DNA from: a virus
IMG/VR virus record: IMGVR_UViG_3300040801_002923
Coordinates: 1 to 64,000 of that record
Strand: one strand, 5' to 3'
DNA length: 64,000 nucleotides
In this document: in pieces, positions 28,097 through 36,638 of the stretch
Numbering within the stretch: position 1 is the first letter of the stretch
How the letters are laid out: every line of letters starts with the position of its first letter
Made by a program: the position numbers and the translations under genes
The notes under the pieces: generated by a model
The model's database searches: none
The model's input: the letters and a program-made list of their open reading frames with translations, nothing else
What the model was told of the DNA's origin: nothing

Positions 28097-30910
28097 ATGA
28101 TTCGATTTACATCGCTCACAGTCAGAAACTTCCTCTCGTATGGGGCGGAGCCTACGGTTATTCCGCTCGAGCGCGTCGGAACGACTCTGATCCTTGGTGA
28201 GGACCTCGATAACACATCAGGAGGCACAGGAGCGAATGGCGTAGGGAAAGCACAACCTCTATACTCAAGAATCAAAACCCCTCGCGGCTGGACCACAATG
28301 GGTGAGATTGCTGTTGGTGATCTAATTACAACCCCCAGCGGCGACGTAGCGGCTGTATCTGGTATCTTTCCTCAAGGAAAGCGACCTGTATATCGGTTAA
28401 CGTTTGCAGATGGGAGAACCGTGGACGCCGATGAAAACCACATTTGGAAAGTCCAATCGCACCGGTGGGGCGGACAAGACACCCGCGGCGAGAAGTTTCT
28501 TACTACAAAACAGCTGATTCGTTTTGTTGAAGAGGCTAAAGAAAAGAAAAAGGCTTGGTACAACATCTCTGTACCGCGGATCAAGCATTGTGATGTACTT
28601 GGAGATGCCGAGCTACCACTCGATCCTTACGTCCTCGGAGCATTACTGGGCGACGGCTGCCTCAGCACACAACAACCCAGATTTTCTACCATGGACCCTA
28701 GCATAGTACAGCTCATGAAGGAGGGGTTAGCTGATACCGATGCGAGTTTCTACAAAGAACAGGCTCAAGCTGATTACAGAATCAACGGCATCGATCTGAT
28801 CGAGATATTGGAAGACCTGTCTCTTCGAGGGACCAAAAGCAACACGAAGTTCATTCCCAGCACATACCTTGAAGGTCCTTCGCTCCAGCAGAAACTTCGC
28901 TTACTTCAAGGATTGTTAGATACCGATGGTACTGTCGGTAAAACCAAAAACATTAGCTTCTCGACGGTCAGTAAACAGCTTGCCGAAGATGTTCAGTACT
29001 TAGTTCGAAGCATTGGTGGGGCAGCGAAGATTACAACACGAGCGCCTCGCTACACGTATAAAGGAGAAGTCAAGCAGGGACAGCTCGCGTATAACGTATC
29101 GATCGACTACCGGTCACCACGGGATCTGTTTACCTTAGATCGCAAGCTTGAGCGGCTAAGTGAAGTCAGTCAGTATGCTGATGCGGGTTTGCGCATCACC
29201 GACATTCAACGCGTCGATGATGTGGAGTGCCAGTGTATTATGATCAATCACCCTGATCATCTATACATCACCGATGAGTTTGTTACGACACACAACACCG
29301 TAATTATCAATGCTCTCACTTATGGTGTATACGATCGACCCGTTTCCAACATCTCCAAAGACAACCTCGTCAATAACGTTAACAAAAAGCACATGGAGGT
29401 GGTTGTTGAGTTCTACAAAGGCGATACCCACTACCTGATCCGTCGCGTCCGTAAAGCTAAGAGCTACGCCGCTGGTAACTATGTAGAACTGTTCGAAAAC
29501 GGCGAGGATATCACTCCCGACAGCGTTGCAAACACAAACAAGCACATTGAGTCGATCATCGGTCTCCCCTATGAACTGTTTGTGCGGATCGTTGTGTTTT
29601 CTGCAACGAATGTTCCTTTTCTCGATCTGCCGGTTCGCAGCCAGACCGGTCCGAACCAGATGGATATCATCGAAGAGCTATTCGACCTGAAGCAACTTGC
29701 TGCACAAGCGAAGGTGCTTAAGGATCAGATCAAAGCCGTCGAGACAACCATCACAACTAAGCAGGAACGTAACGATCTGCTTGAGGCGGAAAAGGCCCGC
29801 CACGATAAACAGCTGCAGTCAGCTAAGACACGCGTCGAGAATTGGGAGAAGGGGCGAACCGCTGATATCGCCGAGCTGCAGCGAAAGCTAGCACGGGTCT
29901 CCCAGGTAGATGTGGACGAGCAGCGACAGCTCCACGAACAACTAATCGAAATTGACGATGAGCTTGAACAAGCCCTGAAGCGTCAACGGGAGCTCGAACG
30001 TGAATTCAAAAAGGTTAGAAAGACCAAATCAACCGCCGAGCATGAGCTTGATCACTATCGCGATGATCGCTGCCCAACGTGTTTGCAGCAGTATGACGGT
30101 GCTAAGGAAAAGATCCACGTCTGTGAAGAGCAGTTAACACACGCCAATGCTGATCTAGAAGGTCTCACAGAGCAGATCGCCAACATCGATCAGCTTGTGG
30201 CAGAATGGGAAGCTAAGCGGACAGAAGTCAAGAATCAGATCACCGTAAGTGATCTGCAGGAGCTGATGGAAACTAAGAGCAAGAGCTCTGAATATCTACG
30301 CCGAATCGAAGAACTTCACAGCGCCGGTAATCCATTTGAAGAACCACTACAGGAACTCCAGGAGGTCGAACTACCCCCTGTAGATCACGACGAAGTCGAT
30401 AAACTAATCACCCAGCGTGATCACATGAAGTTCTTGCTCAAACTGCTAACGCGGAATGATAGCTTCGTGCGTAAGGTCCTACTCAACAAGACTCTACCGT
30501 TCCTCAACAAGCGGCTGCAGCACTATCTGACCAGTCTGGGTCTTGCACATCAGGTTGAGTTTACACACGACATGACTGCGAAGATTACGGAGTTCGGTAG
30601 AGAGATGGACTTCGGTAACCTCTCGAATGGACAACGAGCACGGGTTAATATTGCGTTGTCGTTTGCTTTCAGAGACGTAGTGCAGAGTATGCATACCCGA
30701 ATTAATATCTGTATGCTAGACGAAGTACTAGATGTAGGTTTGGATTCTGTTGGGGTTACAGCTGCAGCTAGGATGATTAAACGAAAGGCACGCGACGAAC
30801 AAATGAGCCTATATATCATCAGCCATAGAGATGAGATTGATAGTGCGTTCGACAGCGTGATGACTGTACAAAAACGAGACGGATTTAGCAGGATTTTTGA
30901 CAATGAATAA
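28097..30910 (+). CDS. Recombination ATPase, gp46/Rad50/SbcC-like, intein-containing
   Basis: RNFLSYG, Walker A GANGVGK|T split by an intein, coiled coil with CPTC zinc hook, LSNGQ signature, LDEVLD Walker B and ISH. Confidence 0.93.
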   Translation: MIRFTSLTVRNFLSYGAEPTVIPLERVGTTLILGEDLDNTSGGTGANGVGKAQPLYSRIKTPRGWTTMGEIAVGDLITTPSGDVAAVSGIFPQGKRPVYRLTFADGRTVDADENHIWKVQSHRWGGQDTRGEKFLTTKQLIRFVEEAKEKKKAWYNISVPRIKHCDVLGDAELPLDPYVLGALLGDGCLSTQQPRFSTMDPSIVQLMKEGLADTDASFYKEQAQADYRINGIDLIEILEDLSLRGTKSNTKFIPSTYLEGPSLQQKLRLLQGLLDTDGTVGKTKNISFSTVSKQLAEDVQYLVRSIGGAAKITTRAPRYTYKGEVKQGQLAYNVSIDYRSPRDLFTLDRKLERLSEVSQYADAGLRITDIQRVDDVECQCIMINHPDHLYITDEFVTTHNTVIINALTYGVYDRPVSNISKDNLVNNVNKKHMEVVVEFYKGDTHYLIRRVRKAKSYAAGNYVELFENGEDITPDSVANTNKHIESIIGLPYELFVRIVVFSATNVPFLDLPVRSQTGPNQMDIIEELFDLKQLAAQAKVLKDQIKAVETTITTKQERNDLLEAEKARHDKQLQSAKTRVENWEKGRTADIAELQRKLARVSQVDVDEQRQLHEQLIEIDDELEQALKRQRELEREFKKVRKTKSTAEHELDHYRDDRCPTCLQQYDGAKEKIHVCEEQLTHANADLEGLTEQIANIDQLVAEWEAKRTEVKNQITVSDLQELMETKSKSSEYLRRIEELHSAGNPFEEPLQELQEVELPPVDHDEVDKLITQRDHMKFLLKLLTRNDSFVRKVLLNKTLPFLNKRLQHYLTSLGLAHQVEFTHDMTAKITEFGREMDFGNLSNGQRARVNIALSFAFRDVVQSMHTRINICMLDEVLDVGLDSVGVTAAARMIKRKARDEQMSLYIISHRDEIDSAFDSVMTVQKRDGFSRIFDNE
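28250..29296 (+). mobile_element. Intein (349 aa) with LAGLIDADG homing endonuclease
   Basis: Starts AQPLYSRIKTP.GW..MGEI.VGD. Block B ADENHIW; LAGLIDADG motifs YVLGALLGDG and LLQGLLDTDG; ends HLYITDEFVTTHN followed by Thr+1. Confidence 0.93.
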
Positions 30911-31238
30911 GAACGCACGCAAAATTGTGTATCGTGATATCAACCAGGGCGATATCCTTCCCGGTGACGAGATCCTCGAAGGCAAACGGTACAAACAAAC
31001 CGGGTTCATGTACGCTGGTCTCGATAAAAATGAGTATTGGCTAGAGCGAATACCAGGCACCGAAACTCGCCAGGAGTTTTGGAACTACAACAGTTTCACC
31101 CTCGAAGAACACGACGCTGCGTTGTTTGAGATTCACATCAAGAACCCCACAACAGGTGATTGGGAACTGATAGCTGCAGGACCTCTGCCAACCGATGCGC
31201 AGGTGTGGCGTGACATGGGTGAGTATTTCCTGCCGTGA
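30903..31238 (+). CDS. Hypothetical protein
   Basis: ORF overlapping the gp46 stop and translationally coupled to the next gene (GTGA overlap). Confidence 0.6.
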   Translation: MNKNARKIVYRDINQGDILPGDEILEGKRYKQTGFMYAGLDKNEYWLERIPGTETRQEFWNYNSFTLEEHDAALFEIHIKNPTTGDWELIAAGPLPTDAQVWRDMGEYFLP

Positions 31239-31465
31239 GCGATAGCGAACAGCCCATCCTAATCGATAGAGATAAAGAGCTGCTCGATCATGTTATCGAG
31301 CACATCAATATCGATCATGTCAAGTACTATGAGACGGATGAGGATGGTAGGATCAAGATAGTCGTCGAAGGAACATTCGACGACGAAGAACAAGCCGAAG
31401 CATTTTTGAACGGCACAGATAAAGAAGCGCTCGATGCATACGATCGAGCGATGAAGGGGATCTAA
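31235..31465 (+). CDS. Small acidic protein, C-terminal YDRAMKGI
   Basis: Coupled ORF carrying the shared C-terminal motif. Confidence 0.7.
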   Translation: MSDSEQPILIDRDKELLDHVIEHINIDHVKYYETDEDGRIKIVVEGTFDDEEQAEAFLNGTDKEALDAYDRAMKGI

Positions 31466-31872
31466 TGGATACGACTACACTAGGACATCCAAACATTCAA
31501 CAGTACTGCGTCGACGATTTGAAGGACCATCTCGACAAAAACCGCACATATGAAGCAACACAAGAATTGAACTACATGTTGCAGCAAGCAGTGCACAGCA
31601 TGCTGTCTACTCTACCGGATCCAGAAGCGCAAAGTGCTGTGCAAGCTATTGAACTCAGCGAGCGCATCGACAAACTAGAGCATTGGGTTGAAAGCATGCA
31701 GAACGTACTTTCGATTCTCCAAGACATGCACCGTACCGACGGTAACCACGTTCCGACGATTGTCACGACCCCAGCAGAGTTAGAAGCACTCGCGGTTAAA
31801 GAAGAGCTGAGTGGCTCCAGTCGTGTCGTCGTCGAAACGTCTTATGAAAGAGCCATGAGAGCTCTAGTGTAA
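31465..31872 (+). CDS. Hypothetical protein, C-terminal YERAMRALV
   Basis: TAATG overlap with the previous gene; shared motif. Confidence 0.7.
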   Translation: MDTTTLGHPNIQQYCVDDLKDHLDKNRTYEATQELNYMLQQAVHSMLSTLPDPEAQSAVQAIELSERIDKLEHWVESMQNVLSILQDMHRTDGNHVPTIVTTPAELEALAVKEELSGSSRVVVETSYERAMRALV

Positions 31873-32054
31873 TGGCGTTTATTGACAACACCACCGATTG
31901 GGGGACTGAAGGCCCTCCAAAAGGTGAGCTTCGTGACGAGGTAGAATTCCAACCCTATACGGTTGCTGAATTTGTATTTCTTACTGTGTCGGTTGTCAAC
32001 GATTCGCATGAGCGCTACCTGCGCGCGATGGAGGTAGTTCATGCGAAGCCTTGA
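31872..32054 (+). CDS. Small protein, C-terminal RYLRAMEVV
   Basis: TAATG overlap; shared motif. Confidence 0.65.
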   Translation: MAFIDNTTDWGTEGPPKGELRDEVEFQPYTVAEFVFLTVSVVNDSHERYLRAMEVVHAKP

Positions 32055-32244
32055 GGAGCTCGGTCAGCTCGAAAGTATGGACCAAATGACTGACGAAGAG
32101 CGCGCTTGGGCTGAACAAGAAACACGCGAGTGGTTCGCAGCGATTGGGAAGCTATTCAATAACGATGAGCGCTCTCGATCAATCGATCTCTCGCCTAAAG
32201 CGTTCGTGAAACACATAAGGACGAAAAATGAACAGCGAAGTTAA
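32041..32244 (+). CDS. Small hypothetical protein
   Basis: GGAGG SD before ATG; overlaps both neighbours. Confidence 0.6.
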   Translation: MRSLEELGQLESMDQMTDEERAWAEQETREWFAAIGKLFNNDERSRSIDLSPKAFVKHIRTKNEQRS

Positions 32245-32515
32245 AAAGCTACCGAACGGTGACTTTGAAGTAGTGAACCCCATAAGCAAGATGAGTGATC
32301 TGAGGTATTTTCAGTACAGGGTACAGAACGCCGCTGATCGTACATCTCGCGCGAAAGCTAAAAAGCAACAAGCACTGATGCAGGATGCCATCGAACTCTA
32401 CCGCATCGCACGTCTTCCGGAAACAAATCCGTTTCTTGAGGAGCTCAAGCGAGCCGACCGCGCAATTGCTAACGAGCGCTATGAGCGCGCAATGATGGTG
32501 GTGGACCGTGTCTGA
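32228..32515 (+). CDS. Small protein, C-terminal RYERAMMVV
   Basis: AGGA SD; shared motif. Confidence 0.7.
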   Translation: MNSEVKKLPNGDFEVVNPISKMSDLRYFQYRVQNAADRTSRAKAKKQQALMQDAIELYRIARLPETNPFLEELKRADRAIANERYERAMMVVDRV

Positions 32516-32795
32516 AGATAACTGGGTCGATCCCAGCCTCGCCGAGGACTATATGTCAGCGCTGATCGCTGAGGTCAACAAATCTCGCAACGAGCAGCAC
32601 ACCATCGATACAGGACGAGTCGAGATCGTAAAGTCCCTGGCCGATGCTCTGGCTGACGAAATCAGCAAACTTACAACGTTCGAGCTCACAGCTGTCACGA
32701 AGAGCGATTGCTTCGCGGCGGTCATGCTCGCACACTCAGAACTTCATCGACGATTCGAGGAAGCCACAAATGTACTATACATCGGGAACGACTGA
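32508..32795 (+). CDS. Small hypothetical protein
   Basis: GTG start overlapping the previous stop. The C-terminal RRFEEATNVL may be a degenerate copy of the motif. Confidence 0.6.
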   Translation: MSEDNWVDPSLAEDYMSALIAEVNKSRNEQHTIDTGRVEIVKSLADALADEISKLTTFELTAVTKSDCFAAVMLAHSELHRRFEEATNVLYIGND

Positions 32796-32925
32796 CCCAT
32801 ATAAACGGAAAAATAAAAAGGGCGGAGATTGGGGTGACTTCGAGTCAAGTCTAATCGCCGAAGAGATCAACAATGCCAAGCAGAAGCAAGACGAAAGGAA
32901 ACAAGTTCGAGAACGACATCGTTAA
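32770..32925 (+). CDS. Small basic hypothetical protein (51 aa)
   Basis: ATG 32770 with GAGGA SD; fills the gap before the resolvase gene. Confidence 0.4.
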   Translation: MYYTSGTTDPYKRKNKKGGDWGDFESSLIAEEINNAKQKQDERKQVRERHR

Positions 32926-33493
32926 GGCGTTCAACGACCTACACGAGACCGAAGAGTTTCGTCGCACACCAAACTCCGGTGCAATGATGGGACGCTCGAA
33001 TGCAGCGAAGTACGCAGGCCTCTCTGAGGGTGTGCAGCGCACACTGAGCTCGGACATCATCACGCCCGAATGGTATCCTTTCGCTATTGAGTGCAAGCAT
33101 TACGGCGACAAACCCAACTACGCCGCGATCATCAAAGAGAATGATACGAAACTAGATCATTGGTTAGCTGAAGCTGTTTTTGATGCTGTCAATCAAGACT
33201 TGCATCCGATGCTTTGCTTCAAGACTGACCGAAAAGGAGCTCACGTTGCAATCCCTCAGTACTGGATTAGCGAGCTTCAGATTTATCCGACGTACTATCT
33301 TCAATACGCCAACTCGTTCACAATCATGGGGCTCGAGCAATGGTTGCGCTTCGGTCCTTCGATGATCGAAGAGTCTGGTTATCGTGAGCAAACGCAGCTA
33401 AACAAGCTGACGTGGAAACGACTAGAAGAACTGCGAATGGGGTTCACCGACGTGCATAACGTTGCGGTGATGCTCCAACAACTAGAGAAGTAA
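32873..33493 (+). CDS. Holliday junction resolvase, PD-(D/E)xK (Hjc-like)
   Basis: SKTKGNKFE, RTPNSGA, SDII.P and AIECKH motifs. Confidence 0.85.
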   Translation: MPSRSKTKGNKFENDIVKAFNDLHETEEFRRTPNSGAMMGRSNAAKYAGLSEGVQRTLSSDIITPEWYPFAIECKHYGDKPNYAAIIKENDTKLDHWLAEAVFDAVNQDLHPMLCFKTDRKGAHVAIPQYWISELQIYPTYYLQYANSFTIMGLEQWLRFGPSMIEESGYREQTQLNKLTWKRLEELRMGFTDVHNVAVMLQQLEK

Positions 33494-33860
33494 TACGGAC
33501 CGACTCCCCGGCTATTCAATTAGCGGGGTTGCGAAACTGGGTAGCGCCAGATAGGGCAGTGATGTCCTGGGATCCGTGAGCCTTGAAGCTGCTCGAAAGG
33601 TAACGCGTAAACCGCCCACACTACGAGGTGATGCCTGTAGTTCCATAGTAGTTGTGTGGGAAGCCAAAGGGTGACCGTTTCCTTCAGTACTCGAAGTGTG
33701 TCTGTAAAATAGGGTTTTAATGCGGTACCTCACCGTTAAAGTTTCCCGGTTCTCTGAACCAAAAACTGGGGGGAATTAGAACTGTGTCTGTATTAAGCAA
33801 ATTTTGAAAGACATCCGGATATGCGTATCAAGTGAACGAAGTGAACTGGTACGCATATCG
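33494..33860 (+). ncRNA. Putative structured non-coding RNA or replication-origin element of unknown class
   Basis: Longest intergenic gap in the window. Serial hairpins with G-T wobbles, a GTGA tetraloop stem, a multibranch closing helix and a terminal 13-bp stem. Confidence 0.5.
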
Positions 33861-33871
33861 CGAAGCTACTG

Positions 33872-33901
33872 TTGCTTTGTCCACCCGATTGGCGTTATAA
33901 T
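33872..33901 (+). promoter_or_regulatory. Sigma70-type promoter giving a leaderless helicase mRNA
   Basis: TTGCTT-N18-TATAAT, then 6 nt to ATG 33908; no SD. Confidence 0.7.
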
Positions 33902-33907
33902 CTCTCT

Positions 33908-35518
33908 ATGTCTGATATCCTCTCGTACTGGCCTATGCCAGAATTTACCCCTCGTCCTAACCAGGTTCGTGCACTCGAATGGCTGGCGGAGAACCATGAC
34001 AAGAAATACTTGTTTCTCCAAGCACCGGTTGGTGCAGGTAAATCCCTAATTGGTACCACATACGCTGCCTATCTGCAGGCACAGGCTGGAACCAATCACG
34101 GTAGCTTTATCCTGACACCACAACGGATTCTGCAAGAGCAATATGAGAAGACGTTTGAACGACACTTCGCCGCATCCCTTTACGGTAAAGGGAACTACCC
34201 TTGCAGCAAGGTGAAGTCGACATGTGATGTTGGATCCGTATTGGACAAAGCATGCCCTTCATGTCCGTACAAGCTGGCTAGGGAACAAGCGAAAGCATCA
34301 CAGAACGTCATTCTCAATTACAAGATTGCATTGTTGATGTTCCATTACACAGACGTATGGAAGCCACGCCCTCTCTGTGTACTCGATGAATGCCACACCG
34401 TCGAAGAGTACCTCACCGAGCTAGATGCAGCTGACATTAACCAACACCGTGCAGAGAAATATGGTGTTAAGTGGGCACCACAGACAGATATGCTCGAAGC
34501 AATGGCATGGGTCAAATCGGAATACATTCCGAGAGCTCAGACGTACTACGATGAGCTGTACGGTGAAGTCCAACACCTAATCGAAGGGTATGGAGACGCA
34601 CCGTCAGCTACAGAGGCACGTAAGCTCAAAGAGCTTGGCAGTCTTGGTGAACACCTCGACAACATGCGCGGTATTGTGTATCTCAGTCCGGAAGCTGTCA
34701 AGGACACTTTCGTCATGGTGGCCGACAAGGTATCATTGAAATTCAAACGCATCCACGGCGGCCCTACTTTCCACCAGATCCTAGCACCACAGGCAGATAA
34801 GTTCTTGTTCATGTCGTCGACGATCCTCAACTACAGAGGGTTCTGTAACGATTTGATGATTGACGAGGAGGATGCAGCTTATCTCGACCTCACATCTGAA
34901 TTCCCGGTGGAAAGTAGACCTGTATTCTACATGCCGCAGATGAAGATGAACGCTAAGTGGAAGGATCCCGAAAACGCAAACAACCGCAACAAGATGCTTA
35001 CGCAGATCATCGATCTGTGCAAGATGCACACTGACGAAGATGGTACTCCCCAAAACGGAATCATCCACAGTGGTAACTTCCAGATTGCACAGTGGCTGGT
35101 AGAAGGCCTTGAAGGGAACATTCCTCAGAGAATCTGGCACCATAACCCGGGTAGTGACTTCGATCGGAATGACATCATTAATGGCTTCCAGCGCGCTAGC
35201 GAGCCTTCGCTTCTAATATCGCCGTCCATCACGGAAGGCCTCGACTTGAAGCATGACCTAGCTCGATTTGCTATCTTCGTTAAGATTCCGTTTGGATTCC
35301 TAGGAGATCAGTGGATCAAGAGACGGCTCGAGATGTCACAAGAGTGGTATCAGCGACGGGCACTGATTGATGTTATTCAGGGCGCAGGCCGTGTGGTGCG
35401 CGCCGATGACGACTGGGGGCAGACGTTCATCCTCGACGCATCGTGGGGTTATCTATATCGCTCGACGTCGAAGTACATCCCCGACTGGTGGAAGGATGCA
35501 TATCTCGTTCAAGGCTAA
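33908..35518 (+). CDS. DinG/Rad3-like SF2 helicase with Fe-S cysteines
   Basis: Q motif PRPNQ, APVGAGKS, C..C..CPSCPY, LDECH, SPSITEGLDL and IQGAGRVVR. Confidence 0.9.
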   Translation: MSDILSYWPMPEFTPRPNQVRALEWLAENHDKKYLFLQAPVGAGKSLIGTTYAAYLQAQAGTNHGSFILTPQRILQEQYEKTFERHFAASLYGKGNYPCSKVKSTCDVGSVLDKACPSCPYKLAREQAKASQNVILNYKIALLMFHYTDVWKPRPLCVLDECHTVEEYLTELDAADINQHRAEKYGVKWAPQTDMLEAMAWVKSEYIPRAQTYYDELYGEVQHLIEGYGDAPSATEARKLKELGSLGEHLDNMRGIVYLSPEAVKDTFVMVADKVSLKFKRIHGGPTFHQILAPQADKFLFMSSTILNYRGFCNDLMIDEEDAAYLDLTSEFPVESRPVFYMPQMKMNAKWKDPENANNRNKMLTQIIDLCKMHTDEDGTPQNGIIHSGNFQIAQWLVEGLEGNIPQRIWHHNPGSDFDRNDIINGFQRASEPSLLISPSITEGLDLKHDLARFAIFVKIPFGFLGDQWIKRRLEMSQEWYQRRALIDVIQGAGRVVRADDDWGQTFILDASWGYLYRSTSKYIPDWWKDAYLVQG

Positions 35519-35793
35519 CGCTTCTTGTTGACCTGTTGAACAGCCTTCTTTTCAGCCTCGTAGTGACGCTCGAGGAAGCGTGTGATAATATCGCGCTCGG
35601 CAGGACACAGGTCCAACGCTTCCTCGTACGTCAGACCACCTTTCATGTGAAATGCTAGCTCGACGGCTGAATTCAACATCGCCTCAGCCTCGCGCTGCAT
35701 GTCTTCCACTGCTTTCCTGAAGGCTTGTGGGTCGCCTGACTTCAGGATTACGTAAAAAACGTGATTGGGTTCGTAGGAACGTCGATTTGCCAC
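35515..35793 (-). CDS. Tail/baseplate assembly chaperone C-terminal ORF (gp51-like; possibly reached by frameshift)
   Basis: FHMKGGLTYEEALDLCPAER motif; overlaps the end of the gp26-like gene in the -1 frame. Confidence 0.65.
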   Translation of the reverse strand: MANRRSYEPNHVFYVILKSGDPQAFRKAVEDMQREAEAMLNSAVELAFHMKGGLTYEEALDLCPAERDIITRFLERHYEAEKKAVQQVNKKR

Positions 35794-36521
35794 TCAGTAC
35801 CGCAGTCGGGGCATTCAACGGCTTTCTTCGGCATCATACCCCAGTCGCTGAGATCAATCATTTGATCAGCGAGAAGCGTGATCCAGCCGGCTGGAATCTC
35901 CGATACCCACTCTTCAATCATCTCGCGATCGTCGACGTCGTCGACCTTGAGAATCATGCTAGCAACGTTGCGAATCACAATTGTAGCTGCTTCTTCGTTT
36001 GTCATCTCTGAGAAGTCATCACGCGCCTGGAACATCGCCACAACGTCTCGATACTTCGGTGGACGCATCTCTACGACCTGCTCGTTCGGAAGATTGACGA
36101 TGAACTTCTTGGTTGGGTCCATCTCTTTTGTTGCACGAAGAATCTCACGAGGATGAATCAGGTACTTGTGTGGTTCTGCGTTCTCGCAGTCGTGGGTGAT
36201 CGTCAGCTCCATGTTCTCCCCGTACGACACCAGTCTCAAGCACATCAGTAGATAGTCGACGTCCTTCGATAGAAGATCCATTGGCTTTTCAATCTGAGGG
36301 ATTCGTCTACGAAAGACCTCTTCCACTGCTTTACCTGTGTACAGCTTATCTGGGGACTTCATCACAAGCTCATCAATCGTTGTGATTGGTGTCACTTGTA
36401 CCTCGCCGTCGACGACGTCTTCACTAAGCTCACCGTTGGTGTAGTACTTTCCGCGCGAAGGTAGTCGAAACGTTTCGCCGGGGATTTTTATCCGGCCAAG
36501 CAAAGGGTTTACGTTGTTCAT
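35748..36521 (-). CDS. Baseplate hub assembly chaperone, T4 gp26-like
   Basis: NPL...LPSRG.YY, TTIDELVMKSPD, DVDYLLMCLRLVSYG, C-terminal CPDC...NPITFF. ATG 36521 with GGAGA SD. Confidence 0.8.
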   Translation of the reverse strand: MNNVNPLLGRIKIPGETFRLPSRGKYYTNGELSEDVVDGEVQVTPITTIDELVMKSPDKLYTGKAVEEVFRRRIPQIEKPMDLLSKDVDYLLMCLRLVSYGENMELTITHDCENAEPHKYLIHPREILRATKEMDPTKKFIVNLPNEQVVEMRPPKYRDVVAMFQARDDFSEMTNEEAATIVIRNVASMILKVDDVDDREMIEEWVSEIPAGWITLLADQMIDLSDWGMMPKKAVECPDCGTEWQIDVPTNPITFFT

Positions 36522-36638
36522 ATGATTCTCCATGATGATCGCGAACTATTTAGAAACTAACCTAAACCGGGAGGTTCACTGGGCCCCATCGCGCGAGGAA
36601 CCACAGAGTAAATACATCGTCCGCGCGGATAGAGAGCT

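Noticed and set aside
33512-33733. 73-aa minus-strand ORF within the structured gap
   Set aside because: No clear SD or protein motif and opposite to both flanking genes; an RNA/DNA structural role explains the sequence better.
33494-33860. tRNA, tmRNA, RNase P or group I/II intron identity for the structured gap
   Set aside because: No T-loop/CCA end, RNase P core motif or intron catalytic domain could be recognised by eye.
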